From: Escherichia phage HelliStehle_Bas95
Direction: 5' to 3' (one strand)
Sequence record: PQ850607.1
Length of the DNA stretch: 56,332 bases
Under the pieces are notes generated by a model. That model worked only from the letters and a program-made list of their open reading frames with translations, had not been told where the DNA came from and did no database searches. The translations under genes were made by a program, and so were the position numbers. This document shows positions 45,707-54,774 of this stretch, in pieces. Position 1 is the first letter of the stretch, and the number at the start of each line of letters is the position of its first letter.

Positions 45707-45960
45707 TACTCCGTCTCCACGCTGTAACCCTGATCGCGAACGTAGTCTAAGATTTCGTTCAGACTAACGCCACCTTTGTTAATCCAGTCTTCAAAACCAC
45801 CCATAGCGTTTAGAAGCGTATCCGCACCGTATTCATCAACAATGATTTCGGCGTCCACGCAGTCGGCCAGTGCAAGACCTTCGATTGCCATTGTGATTTC
45901 GGCATAGTTTGCTACTTCAACTTTAACGCTTTGTGCTACAACCTGAATGTCGATACTCAT
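45706..45960 (-). CDS. hypothetical acidic protein
   Basis: 84-aa ORF. Confidence 0.5.
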   Translation of the reverse strand: MSIDIQVVAQSVKVEVANYAEITMAIEGLALADCVDAEIIVDEYGADTLLNAMGGFEDWINKGGVSLNEILDYVRDQGYSVETE

Positions 45961-46442
45961 GATTTATGACTCCCGCGTGGTCGCGTCACGTGACGCGTGA
46001 TGTTATGCTGTTTACACAGCTTGTAAATGCGTTCCGGGTACACCCCAATCTCACCAGCGTAATCGCTGGCGGTCATGGTTAACATCGCGTGACGCAGATG
46101 ATTAATGTCGACCTTCACGCCCTTCTCAGGACTTTTCCAGCCGTACTTCTTGCGCACTGTGTCAAGCTGGCGCGGGAGTATTCCCAGCAGTTCGGCAGCT
46201 TCAGCACGCGGCTTACGCTCGACAATCATTTTGTTCATCGGCGTGTTTGCCACTGGCACCCGGTACCGTTCGATAGGCTCCCAGTTCTGCCAGACTACCC
46301 GCAGCCTGTAACGATGGTTAACGCGCTGGACCGCCCGGTATTTCCCCTTATACGTCACGACACAATAAGGTTTACCGAGTACCGCAGACATGCGTTCAGC
46401 CTGCTTGATGGCCTCGTCCAGTGTGTCACAGGTGATTGCCAT
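45957..46442 (-). CDS. hypothetical protein (possible DNA-binding)
   Basis: 161-aa ORF. Confidence 0.5.
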   Translation of the reverse strand: MAITCDTLDEAIKQAERMSAVLGKPYCVVTYKGKYRAVQRVNHRYRLRVVWQNWEPIERYRVPVANTPMNKMIVERKPRAEAAELLGILPRQLDTVRKKYGWKSPEKGVKVDINHLRHAMLTMTASDYAGEIGVYPERIYKLCKQHNITRHVTRPRGSHKS

Positions 46443-46633
46443 TAGCGACGCGCCTTACCACGGCTATTGCCAGGGAGCGTACGGACTTCTAAAGGAATGA
46501 TGCGAACACCTTTACGGGTATAGCGCTTCGTGTACGTTACGATCTCGGTGCGCTGCGGTGGTGCCAGGTCACGCAAAGCGGCGGAGAAAGGTGTAGAGAA
46601 AGCGTTACCGAACAGCATTTTAAATAAGCTCAT
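46442..46633 (-). CDS. small basic protein
   Basis: 63 aa. Confidence 0.45.
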   Translation of the reverse strand: MSLFKMLFGNAFSTPFSAALRDLAPPQRTEIVTYTKRYTRKGVRIIPLEVRTLPGNSRGKARR

Positions 46634-46668
46634 TTTGATTTTCCTATTGTCGCGTTTGTAGAATAATG

Positions 46669-46697
46669 AATTTAGTATAGTCGTCCCTGACTGTCAA
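46669..46697 (-). promoter_or_regulatory. sigma70-type promoter TTGACA-17-TAAATT
   Basis: shares ACTTGACAGTCAG core with promoter at 44731-44759. Confidence 0.5.
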
Positions 46698-46701
46698 GTA
46701 A

Positions 46702-47331
46702 TTAATCCGCAGTAATGAAAGAATCTACATCCGGCGGCCACGTGTCTTGCGGCTGCGGCGGTAATGCAGGTTTGTTATTGAGTTTGGCGTAAGCCTTGCA
46801 CACCCACTCAACCTGGTACCGGGCATCATGCAGCGCGTTATGATACTGGATGTGCGCTGGACGCGTGCGGGGCATCTGCATACCTGCAAGCCACATGATA
46901 GTTCTGACGTCTCGCACGTTCCAGAATTTGTACGGGTATTCGTGACCAAACTTCCCAATCTGCGGCGTTGTCTGACGCATCCACCACTCGATAATCGGAA
47001 TGTCAAATACGCTACCATTAGCCCACACCTGACAATCACTCAGGTTGTATTTGACAAACCAGTCACGGAACGACCGTGATGCGTGGCGCGGATCGGACTT
47101 CCCGTTGTAGGCTTCTTCGCGTGCGGCGGCGTCCTGACCTTCCCACCACTTCAAGGTATTGATGTCAGCCAGACCATACTGTTGCGCTTTGTCTTTATCC
47201 ATGCGCTCGTAGAACTCTGCTACAATATCGCCCGTGGTGATGTCGAACGCACAGGCACCGATCGTTAACAGTGGTGCGTTAGGCGTGGTCGCCAACGTTT
47301 CACAGTCAATCATTACATGAAGGTTACTCAT
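46702..47331 (-). CDS. DnaQ-like 3'-5' exonuclease (DEDDh)
   Basis: VMIDCETLA (Exo I), FDIPIIEWW (Exo II), YHNALHDARY (Exo III). Confidence 0.7.
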   Translation of the reverse strand: MSNLHVMIDCETLATTPNAPLLTIGACAFDITTGDIVAEFYERMDKDKAQQYGLADINTLKWWEGQDAAAREEAYNGKSDPRHASRSFRDWFVKYNLSDCQVWANGSVFDIPIIEWWMRQTTPQIGKFGHEYPYKFWNVRDVRTIMWLAGMQMPRTRPAHIQYHNALHDARYQVEWVCKAYAKLNNKPALPPQPQDTWPPDVDSFITAD

Positions 47332-47558
47332 GGTTTAATCTCCATTAATGAGTCTTCGTATTCAATGTCACCAGGGCGGACATAATCGACAGCGTGACAT
47401 TGAGAATCATCACCCAGCTTGATTCTCGGCAACCACACGCCGCCTGATAACTTAGGTTCACGATAGAACGCGTAAATTTCCCCGTCGTGATCAGTTGCCA
47501 GGTGTGTAGCGTTATCCGGTACATTAACGTCATGACCAAAGTATTTTACAGTTTTCAT
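47328..47558 (-). CDS. hypothetical protein
   Basis: 76-aa ORF. Confidence 0.45.
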   Translation of the reverse strand: MKTVKYFGHDVNVPDNATHLATDHDGEIYAFYREPKLSGGVWLPRIKLGDDSQCHAVDYVRPGDIEYEDSLMEIKP

Positions 47559-48049
47559 TTATTGCTATCCTCATCCAGTACAGCAGCACACAGGCTATCA
47601 ACCTGCACCACGATCACCCGGTCTGAAAGCGCTTCGAACGCTGCGCAAACTTCAGGGTCATCATCAAAGCACATAAACTTCTCAGTGCCGTAGGTCTTCA
47701 GCAGGCGGCGCAGGGCGTCAGTTTTGAAATCAGCCGCGCTGCGGTGGTCGTCCATCGGTCGCATCTGCAACTCAATGAGCGTGCGGCTCAACTCCAGATC
47801 GTTATGCAGACGGTCCATCGTCGGCAGGTAGGCAGACTTGCCGCGCCCGGTGAGGAAGCGCACATCTTCACCATTAGCCAACAGTTGCTTGATGATAGCC
47901 AGCGTATTAGGGATCGGCTTATCACCACGGCACGCCCCGTTAAACTGCGCCCAGGCTTCGGTGTCGTTGCGTTTGTCGCCAGTCGGCATCAGGTGCGCGC
48001 GGTGGCGATTGTCGTACAAGGTGCCGTCCAAATCACAGATGTAAATCAT
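47555..48049 (-). CDS. HAD-superfamily phosphatase (nucleotidase / 3'-phosphatase-like)
   Basis: DLDGTL motif I, LTGR motif II, FDDD motif IV. Confidence 0.65.
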   Translation of the reverse strand: MIYICDLDGTLYDNRHRAHLMPTGDKRNDTEAWAQFNGACRGDKPIPNTLAIIKQLLANGEDVRFLTGRGKSAYLPTMDRLHNDLELSRTLIELQMRPMDDHRSAADFKTDALRRLLKTYGTEKFMCFDDDPEVCAAFEALSDRVIVVQVDSLCAAVLDEDSNK

Positions 48050-48384
48050 TTACGCTTACTCCACAGTTTTAAGGTTTCGGTAAAAATATACTCGGCCAGG
48101 TAGGTTAACGCTTCATGGTTGTCATATTCAACCTTAATCCCTACGTGATTTAAAACATCCCATGCTGAGTGTATAGCTTCGTGCATCACCAGCGACGGTG
48201 AAGGCTCCCTGATATACACCACGCACGGCCCTATGTGCTCAACGGTAGCGAAGGCGTTTGTTAACACATAGTCATCACCCTTGCGGTCCGGGAAGTCCTT
48301 CAGGTATTTTTCAAGGCTGAAGTAGACCCGGAGTTTTCCGGGGTATATTTTGAATTTGATGATACCGTCTACCATAGTACCCAC
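48046..48384 (-). CDS. hypothetical protein
   Basis: 112-aa ORF. Confidence 0.5.
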   Translation of the reverse strand: MGTMVDGIIKFKIYPGKLRVYFSLEKYLKDFPDRKGDDYVLTNAFATVEHIGPCVVYIREPSPSLVMHEAIHSAWDVLNHVGIKVEYDNHEALTYLAEYIFTETLKLWSKRK

Positions 48385-48569
48385 TCGTTTCTCTCTTCAC
48401 CCGGTACCAGCCAGCCTTCTTTGACCAGTTGATCACACGTTTCATCAAGACTGGCGGGGACAACCTTCGCCCCTGTCAGCGCCCAGCGGTGGCCGCCTAC
48501 TTGCTGCGGGTAGTGGTGCAGTTTCGCACCCGCTTTAAGCTCGACCGTCAGCACGTAGCCGCGCATCAT
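48369..48569 (-). CDS. hypothetical protein
   Basis: 66-aa ORF. Confidence 0.45.
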   Translation of the reverse strand: MMRGYVLTVELKAGAKLHHYPQQVGGHRWALTGAKVVPASLDETCDQLVKEGWLVPGEERNEWVLW

Positions 48570-48847
48570 GATTTGTTGATTTCCACGCCGTTGATAGTGA
48601 CGTGCAGGATAACGTTCGGTTCATCCTTACGCAACGTGTTTACGGTACGTTTCGCCAGGTCCGCGCAGTCTGCCACGTATACGCGTTGTTCACCGTTAAC
48701 ATCAACCAGACAACCTTCAACTGTGCGATCGTTACCGACAATATCAATGTTGTCGAACTTCATTTCGACAACACCGTTAGCGTGCGCTACGTTCATACCT
48801 ACAGCCATTGCCGCGTATGCAGCCGCAATCATAACAATGTATTTCAT
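48566..48847 (-). CDS. secreted protein with N-terminal signal peptide
   Basis: MKYIVMIAAAYAAMAVGMNVAHA signal-like N-terminus; 93 aa. Confidence 0.5.
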   Translation of the reverse strand: MKYIVMIAAAYAAMAVGMNVAHANGVVEMKFDNIDIVGNDRTVEGCLVDVNGEQRVYVADCADLAKRTVNTLRKDEPNVILHVTINGVEINKS

Positions 48848-48877
48848 CTCGATACCCTCTGTGTTGTTGGTGAACTA

Positions 48878-48906
48878 AATATAATTGATGGCTTCCATGC
48901 CGTCAA
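48878..48906 (-). promoter_or_regulatory. near-consensus sigma70 promoter TTGACG-17-TATATT
   Basis: TACTTGACG core as in other early promoters. Confidence 0.55.
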
Positions 48907-48915
48907 GTAAATCAT

Positions 48916-49125
48916 TTACCAACTAGCTAAACATTTATCAGTCGGTTGGCGAATAATCCAGTTACCATCAGTAAACTTAATCGTCAAAAATGTTTCGTGG
49001 CGGTTGCCTTTAATCTCCTTAACTTTTAGCGATACTTTAATGCACCAGCGCGGTTCGAAAACACGATCACCCGGATTAAGTTTGCCGTAGGTAGTCAGGC
49101 GGAAGTGTGGTTTATTTGTTGCCAT
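48916..49125 (-). CDS. hypothetical protein
   Basis: start at MATNKPHF; uncertain. Confidence 0.4.
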   Translation of the reverse strand: MATNKPHFRLTTYGKLNPGDRVFEPRWCIKVSLKVKEIKGNRHETFLTIKFTDGNWIIRQPTDKCLASW

Positions 49126-49768
49126 CAGAAGGTACCCCGCACAGTGCGTTAAGCGTGGAGACATCAAGCGCAATCTCGGTAGACTTAGGTTTCGGCTGTT
49201 CGGCTTCCGGTAAAAGCTCCACCGCTTCAGGCCACACTTTTAACAGTGCCTTGATGGTGCGTACGGGTTTGACCTGGGCGGTGATGGTGGCGCACAAGGT
49301 ATCATACTCAGCGCGCAGCTTCTTAGCCTCCCCATCCAGCGCCATCAACTCATCGCGTGCGGAGTCGAACGGGTAAACAAGTGTGCGGCCACTATTCCAG
49401 CATGGGGCGAAATGGTGGTCTACTGTTGCTCCACTGTCGCCAAAGAGCGTGGCGGCTTCGTCGTAGCGGCTCCATTTGGTACCGTCCAGCCGCAGATCGT
49501 GATAGTGGCCGCCAACGTTAACACTGAAGCTACTGGTTTCCACACGCAGATCCACGTAGCCAAAGTTTTTGACGAGTTCGTTAATGTGCTCGACGTCACG
49601 CTTTAATTCTGATATTTCCTCAACGCTTAAACCAGCTTGCTTGAGGAAATAATCACGGATACGCAGTGTCACGGCAGAGCGACGGGCGCAGATGTCTTTG
49701 TCGCGTGCGGCAATACCGGACTTGATTGCAGCGTTACAGATGATTGCGTCGATGATAGATTGTTTCAT
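49112..49768 (-). CDS. hypothetical protein
   Basis: 218-aa ORF. Confidence 0.5.
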   Translation of the reverse strand: MKQSIIDAIICNAAIKSGIAARDKDICARRSAVTLRIRDYFLKQAGLSVEEISELKRDVEHINELVKNFGYVDLRVETSSFSVNVGGHYHDLRLDGTKWSRYDEAATLFGDSGATVDHHFAPCWNSGRTLVYPFDSARDELMALDGEAKKLRAEYDTLCATITAQVKPVRTIKALLKVWPEAVELLPEAEQPKPKSTEIALDVSTLNALCGVPSDGNK

Positions 49769-49986
49769 TATTTAATACTCTCCAGGTAGTCAACGTTCCA
49801 GTTACGAAGGTGATAGATTTTGTTGGTGTCGTATTTATAGCGAGTAAGGCACTGTGCGATTTGCTCACCGGCTGATGTGGTATACACGTTCACCACGATA
49901 CAAGGGAATACCAGTTGCTCGGCCAGAGCGCCAATCATACCTTGCGCTTCCGGTTTGAGTTTTACTACGTCGCCGTCAGTTAACAT
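49768..49986 (-). CDS. hypothetical protein
   Basis: start at internal ATG 49986 (TAATG overlap). Confidence 0.45.
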   Translation of the reverse strand: MLTDGDVVKLKPEAQGMIGALAEQLVFPCIVVNVYTTSAGEQIAQCLTRYKYDTNKIYHLRNWNVDYLESIK

Positions 49987-50213
49987 TAGTCTTTCCACCA
50001 TTTCTTTTTTGATTCCAGCCAGGCGCAAGCCTCGTTGATAGTGTCGCAGTTTGACGACATCTCACCGTTGAACCGGGAGAAATACCCCTCGTAAAACTTA
50101 ACGACCGTATTCCCGTTGCGGTCTTCCCATACGGCCGAGTCGTTGCGACCGTCAAAGCTGGTCAGTTTGAAGCCGCCCGGTGTTAATGCTAATGCCTGCT
50201 CAATAGTCATCAT
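49986..50213 (-). CDS. hypothetical protein
   Basis: 75-aa ORF. Confidence 0.45.
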   Translation of the reverse strand: MMTIEQALALTPGGFKLTSFDGRNDSAVWEDRNGNTVVKFYEGYFSRFNGEMSSNCDTINEACAWLESKKKWWKD

Positions 50214-50404
50214 GATATTAATTCCCCTACTGTTACGTTGAGCGCCGCCGCCAGTGCTACCAGCGTTTGAAGGCGCGGATTGTTTGCTTTCAGTACCATG
50301 AACAGTGCGCCACGTTTCCAGCCTGCTCGCCGTTCAACCTCTGATAAACTTATGGCCTCCTTCTCGGCCAGGAGTTGCACACGTTGCTTTAAATTCACTG
50401 CCAC
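50210..50404 (-). CDS. HTH (XRE/Cro-like) transcriptional regulator
   Basis: 64 aa; ISLSEVERRAGWKRGALFMVLK helix-turn-helix pattern; GTG start. Confidence 0.5.
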   Translation of the reverse strand: MAVNLKQRVQLLAEKEAISLSEVERRAGWKRGALFMVLKANNPRLQTLVALAAALNVTVGELIS

Positions 50405-50574
50405 TTAAATTCTCCCATAATGTCGATTGCTTTGATGGGATCCCGCTCACACATTGCCACTAATACAGCGGCGGTGGCGACAATCCCGTTATGTGCTGCG
50501 TTTGTACACCCGATAAGCGCAAATACGATGACCGAGCATACAATCCATAAACAGATATTAAATGTCATCGCCAT
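50395..50574 (-). CDS. small hydrophobic peptide
   Basis: 59-aa ORF MAMTFNICLWIVCSVIVFALIG...; below six-frame track cutoff. Confidence 0.3.
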   Translation of the reverse strand: MAMTFNICLWIVCSVIVFALIGCTNAAHNGIVATAAVLVAMCERDPIKAIDIMGEFKWQ

Positions 50575-50681
50575 AACTCCACCGGAAGGTTAAAGACAAA
50601 GCGGAGAACCGCCCACACCGCCACCATTGACGCCACCCATAACACCAGGGAGACGGTGAGACCTGTGATTATTCCTTGCAT
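50565..50681 (-). CDS. small hydrophobic peptide
   Basis: 38-aa ORF MQGIITGLTVSLVLWVASMVAVWAVL...; ATGA overlap with next ORF. Confidence 0.3.
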   Translation of the reverse strand: MQGIITGLTVSLVLWVASMVAVWAVLRFVFNLPVELWR

Positions 50682-50801
50682 TACAACCGCCTTAATTGCG
50701 TGATGATGTCGTGAAAGGTGCCGTAGTCACATGTCATGATGTACAGCGTCGACAGAATAAACAGCGCGATTGACAGTTTAAGCGCCGCGCTTGCGAATAC
50801 G

Positions 50802-51173
50802 TTAAATCCAGCCATGTGTGCCCCCGCAGTGCGTCATTGCATCATAAAGGTTGGTGAAGACCTGGCCGCGTGTGTCGCCCGTGTAGGTTTCCCAGCGGCC
50901 CGTTTTGTCCAGCTTGATACCACGCTTTAACGTGTCGTGATAGACAGCATTGTTACCATATACCCGAAGCTCGTAAAGAACATTGCGCCCTTTCCGGACA
51001 GTGATCAGATAGCCGCCAAACGTGGTAGATCCGATTAACGTTAAATCGTCGAGTGTGTACACCTGGTACATCTCATCCTGCATACTACCGTACTTGCTAC
51101 GCTCAATCGGAAAGTCGGTAATGTGCGCCACGGCGGCGATGAATCTCGGCAAGTTGTTCACAGGAACCCCCAC
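50802..51173 (-). CDS. hypothetical protein
   Basis: 123-aa ORF. Confidence 0.5.
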   Translation of the reverse strand: MGVPVNNLPRFIAAVAHITDFPIERSKYGSMQDEMYQVYTLDDLTLIGSTTFGGYLITVRKGRNVLYELRVYGNNAVYHDTLKRGIKLDKTGRWETYTGDTRGQVFTNLYDAMTHCGGTHGWI

Positions 51174-51228
51174 AATGTTAAGGACAGATAGCCCAGCGTT
51201 ACGTAGAAACCGATTGTTAATGTAGTGC

Positions 51229-51552
51229 TCACTGGCTGACCTCCTTAACCATCCGGGCAGCCTCGCGCATTATCTTAGCGCGGTTGGCTACTGTGGACTT
51301 AATGCCGTGCATAGCTAACAGGCGGCGCGTCGTAGTAAACTGGTGCGGCGGGAAGATAGCCGCAAAAAAGTTATCGTCGTAACGCTCCAGGCGGTCGAGG
51401 TCCACCAGGTCAGCCACTGCCTGACGCATGGCCTTTGATACAAAGATTGACCAGTCGGTACCAGCCGGAGCCTGGCGCATTAATGCGTTGCGCCCGGTGT
51501 TTTCTGCATAGGCCAGTGCTTCTTGCGGCGTTGGGTATTTAATGTTAGTCAT
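51229..51552 (-). CDS. hypothetical protein
   Basis: 107-aa ORF. Confidence 0.5.
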   Translation of the reverse strand: MTNIKYPTPQEALAYAENTGRNALMRQAPAGTDWSIFVSKAMRQAVADLVDLDRLERYDDNFFAAIFPPHQFTTTRRLLAMHGIKSTVANRAKIMREAARMVKEVSQ

Positions 51553-51686
51553 TTTCCCAGCACTCCTTTAGTTTTCAGGTTGTGACGGTAAAACTGCATT
51601 ACGTGTTCGTTAAAGAAATTGCTCATGGTTGTCTCTCCGTTAAGGGGTTTTAATAAGGCACCCCGCGAGATGCCTGATAAAACTAC

Positions 51687-51905
51687 TTACTGCGGCGCTA
51701 CTACCCGGAAGAAATCGAAATCTTTCGGTGTAGCCTTTTTAAGTTTATCCAGTCTGGTGATAGTCATCGGTTCACAGGGCCAACTTACCGTCGCGCCTAA
51801 CTGTGGCTTGCTTGCCAGCACGCTAAACGTTTCCGGTTCCTCGTCGAAAACATAACCCAGGGTGTGACCGTTCATTACGTAATATGTAGCGTTGAAGTGT
51901 TTCAT
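51687..51905 (-). CDS. hypothetical protein
   Basis: 72-aa ORF downstream of repeated promoter/hairpin cassette. Confidence 0.5.
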   Translation of the reverse strand: MKHFNATYYVMNGHTLGYVFDEEPETFSVLASKPQLGATVSWPCEPMTITRLDKLKKATPKDFDFFRVVAPQ

Positions 51906-51917
51906 GATGTTTCTCTC

Positions 51918-51995
51918 TCTGTTTGAGGTGCGAAGCGGTATCGCCTCCCGATGAATTAAAGATACTACTAAACAGATTTAGCGTCAAGTAATTTG
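51918..51995 (-). repeat. about 78-bp promoter + leader-hairpin cassette, copy 1
   Basis: TTGACG(51981-51986)-17-TATCTT(51958-51963), then hairpin GAGGTGCGAAGCGGTATCGCCTC in leader. Confidence 0.6.
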
Positions 51996-52324
51996 TTTAA
52001 ATTAATTACCAATTTGATGTAGTCGATGGCGTCATCCAGTGTCCTGACGTGTACCGGGGGACGGTCCCGCAGATGCACAATCACGTAATTGGTGTGTCGA
52101 ATGCAGCGCGCGAACTCGTCGCCGTCCGGGTAACGCACAGACACAACCGGACCGACTTGCGATACTACGTAACCCTCGATAACCGGATTGCGCACCGGGC
52201 GCTCAGCAGGCGGTGCCAAATCTATGATCGCATCCTTAAGCCAGGCGGTGACCTCTGCGGCTGATTTGCCGTTTTCCAGGGCGTGCAGTGCATTGATAAT
52301 ATTTGCGCGTGCCGTATTACACAT
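51968..52324 (-). CDS. hypothetical protein
   Basis: 118-aa ORF. Confidence 0.5.
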   Translation of the reverse strand: MCNTARANIINALHALENGKSAAEVTAWLKDAIIDLAPPAERPVRNPVIEGYVVSQVGPVVSVRYPDGDEFARCIRHTNYVIVHLRDRPPVHVRTLDDAIDYIKLVINLNKLLDAKSV

Positions 52325-52718
52325 AATTGGTACCTTTGATTGAGCAGGTTAGAAATAGATCCATTATTGTATTAGTCCACTGTTCCCGGTCGCCTTCCTG
52401 ATCGGCCAGTTTGAACATTTCCACGTTAGGCGCTACCAGGTAGACGGCGTTCGACGTGAACGACAGGCGCACGCTGGAGTAATTGAGGCACTCATTGACA
52501 GCGTGACGCGTGTCATCGGTGCAATGTCTGGTACTCCACATGAAATCAAATTTACTATCAGGGCGGTGAACGCGTACAGCAATCTCGCCGCCTTCCATCT
52601 GTACGATCCCGTAGTGTCGCCCGGTTGACTGGTTGCGCACCCTGGCCGCTTTGATAGCCGCCGGAATGGACGAGTAGTGCCGATAACCTGGCGCACCTTT
52701 AAGCTGGTTAGCGTGCAT
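52317..52718 (-). CDS. hypothetical protein
   Basis: 133-aa ORF. Confidence 0.5.
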   Translation of the reverse strand: MHANQLKGAPGYRHYSSIPAAIKAARVRNQSTGRHYGIVQMEGGEIAVRVHRPDSKFDFMWSTRHCTDDTRHAVNECLNYSSVRLSFTSNAVYLVAPNVEMFKLADQEGDREQWTNTIMDLFLTCSIKGTNYV

Positions 52719-52826
52719 TGGTGTTAGCCTTATCGCAAAGCCATTCGATTAGCTCATAAGCCGGGGCCGTCTTAGGGATAATGCAGGCGTAATCTTCACG
52801 CAGTTTTTGATAGTGGCTTAACGTTT

Positions 52827-53081
52827 TCATTTGGTTAACTCCTTGATAGCTGCGTTAGCGTAACGCTTTGCGTCACCGTAAGCGTTGGGTGTATGGCGTG
52901 ACTCGCGGTGACCTGCAAACCACGCGTTGACTAATAGCTCTTTGACTAACTCACTGTTGAGCAGGTCAAACGCGCCGCTAGTGTAAGGATGCGTGTAAGG
53001 GTTGGCCTTATCACGCTGCGTCGGGTCGCGGTCCTTGTCCGTCATGTGGGCGTTGTTGATCCACTTCTCGAACTCTGTCAT
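52827..53081 (-). CDS. hypothetical protein
   Basis: 84-aa ORF. Confidence 0.5.
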   Translation of the reverse strand: MTEFEKWINNAHMTDKDRDPTQRDKANPYTHPYTSGAFDLLNSELVKELLVNAWFAGHRESRHTPNAYGDAKRYANAAIKELTK

Positions 53082-53237
53082 TTAAATTTACCCTCCAGTA
53101 TTTTAGCGATGACCGCATCAATCCACATGTCACGCTGCGATGGCTCATAGGTCTGGCTGAGAACCTGGCCGATAGTGGCACCGGGGGCAAACGTGGTAAT
53201 CAGGATCACCGTTTGCCCGATAAACTTTAGCTTAAGG

Positions 53238-53528
53238 TTACTGATTGTTTGCATGGTCTTTCACCCACTTGATGCGCTCAGGGTTAGTGTGCATAGCCCG
53301 ATTCTTTAAATCTATATCGAACTGAGGTACGCCGCCGAACGGGTACAATGAATCGAGTCCGGCCTCTACGAATTGCTTTTTGATTTCCCTAAGACGTACG
53401 CGGTATGGTCGTTTCATTGCTTGCGAGCATAACCCTTCGCCGCGCGTGAACTGTTTATCGTCTTCCGGTGCGCCAGCGTCAAGCCAGGTCGCATAGTCGT
53501 TATAGAATTGCTGAAGTGTTTTATTCAT
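53238..53528 (-). CDS. hypothetical protein
   Basis: 96-aa ORF. Confidence 0.5.
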   Translation of the reverse strand: MNKTLQQFYNDYATWLDAGAPEDDKQFTRGEGLCSQAMKRPYRVRLREIKKQFVEAGLDSLYPFGGVPQFDIDLKNRAMHTNPERIKWVKDHANNQ

Positions 53529-53663
53529 TTGATGAGATCCTCTATAGCTAAGTGGATACCTACCAGCCGCGCCCGGTCACGCTGGGCTTTAATGCGGCTT
53601 ACTACAGTGGCGAGGGACTCCCCGCCGTTCAGGGTGATTTTAAATATGGCCGTTACCCGGCTG

Positions 53664-53957
53664 TTATATTTTACGCAGAGCGTTAATGGCGTCATTGTAA
53701 TACCCCATCATTTCTATAATAAGGCGCTGACTCACGTCCTCGCCGGTCCAGATTAGCCAGTCGCCGGGTGACGCGTTGGCGATAAACTCCTCCCAGTAGC
53801 CCAGGTCACGCGCCGAGAGTACCTGGCGTGCGGCAAACTGGTGGCGGCAATCGAAGCCAGCGTCAAAGATTTGCTGACAGATAGCGGCCAGGGTGGGGCG
53901 TAATGCAAGTTTGCGGAAGTAGCGCGCGGCTTCAGCGTCGATAATTTGATTGGTCAT
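53664..53957 (-). CDS. hypothetical protein
   Basis: 97-aa ORF downstream of cassette copy 2. Confidence 0.5.
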   Translation of the reverse strand: MTNQIIDAEAARYFRKLALRPTLAAICQQIFDAGFDCRHQFAARQVLSARDLGYWEEFIANASPGDWLIWTGEDVSQRLIIEMMGYYNDAINALRKI

Positions 53958-53974
53958 GATATTTCTCGCTCTTA

Positions 53975-54052
53975 GTTGAGGTGGGAAGCCGTATTGCCTC
54001 CCGATGAATTAAAGATACTACTAATTAGAGTTAGCGTCAAGTAATTTGTTTA
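53975..54052 (-). repeat. about 78-bp promoter + leader-hairpin cassette, copy 2
   Basis: TTGACG(54035-54040)-17-TATCTT(54012-54017), then hairpin GAGGTGGGAAGCCGTATTGCCTC. Confidence 0.6.
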
Positions 54053-54373
54053 TGAGTTTGCGTGATAGATTTCGGGTAATGCATCATAACGCGTATTGTG
54101 GTCAATAGCCGCGAAGCATTCACTAGGCCCCGAAAGGTTGTGATACTCGGTACCGTCCAGCAATGTGACGCTCCACACGTTACCCAGACAACGGATGTGA
54201 ATGTCGCCCAGCTTATAATCGCCAGAGTCACACTTAACGAAACCGCGCGAGGTTAACATGTGGTTGATTGCGTAAGCGAGTAGCGAATCATAGTTAACGT
54301 CAATCATCCCGTTATACTGGTATTCAAGATACATGCGCCAGGATGGTAATGCCGTGCGATTGTGAATGAACAT
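54050..54373 (-). CDS. hypothetical protein
   Basis: 107-aa ORF. Confidence 0.5.
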   Translation of the reverse strand: MFIHNRTALPSWRMYLEYQYNGMIDVNYDSLLAYAINHMLTSRGFVKCDSGDYKLGDIHIRCLGNVWSVTLLDGTEYHNLSGPSECFAAIDHNTRYDALPEIYHANS

Positions 54374-54519
54374 ACCAATCCTTAACGCCGAGGAATGTTT
54401 CCACCTGGTCGCGCTCTACTGGTCCGCGAGCGGCATAGTTTGCGAAGTCTGCCTGATGACCTTTGTGGTTGATATACGATTTGAACATGTTTATTGCCTC
54501 TTTAAGTTAGATTAGTTGC

Positions 54520-54774
54520 TTACTTATGCTTAGGTTGCCAGTGTTTTAAGAGCACCTCCTTATCTTCAGGGTAATTTAACGAAGCACTCGCCGAAAATGT
54601 GCTCATGGTTGTGTAAACCTTACCGCCTACCATAAAACTTTCACTGCGTTGATGCGGTACCTCGACACGGCGACCGGAAGGTAGTACGCCTACAAAGGTA
54701 TCTCCGACTATTGACGACTTACCAAGCTGTAACCCACCCGGACAAACGTTATTGAACACGTCGTAAGGTCTCAT
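54520..54774 (-). CDS. hypothetical protein
   Basis: 84-aa ORF. Confidence 0.5.
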   Translation of the reverse strand: MRPYDVFNNVCPGGLQLGKSSIVGDTFVGVLPSGRRVEVPHQRSESFMVGGKVYTTMSTFSASASLNYPEDKEVLLKHWQPKHK

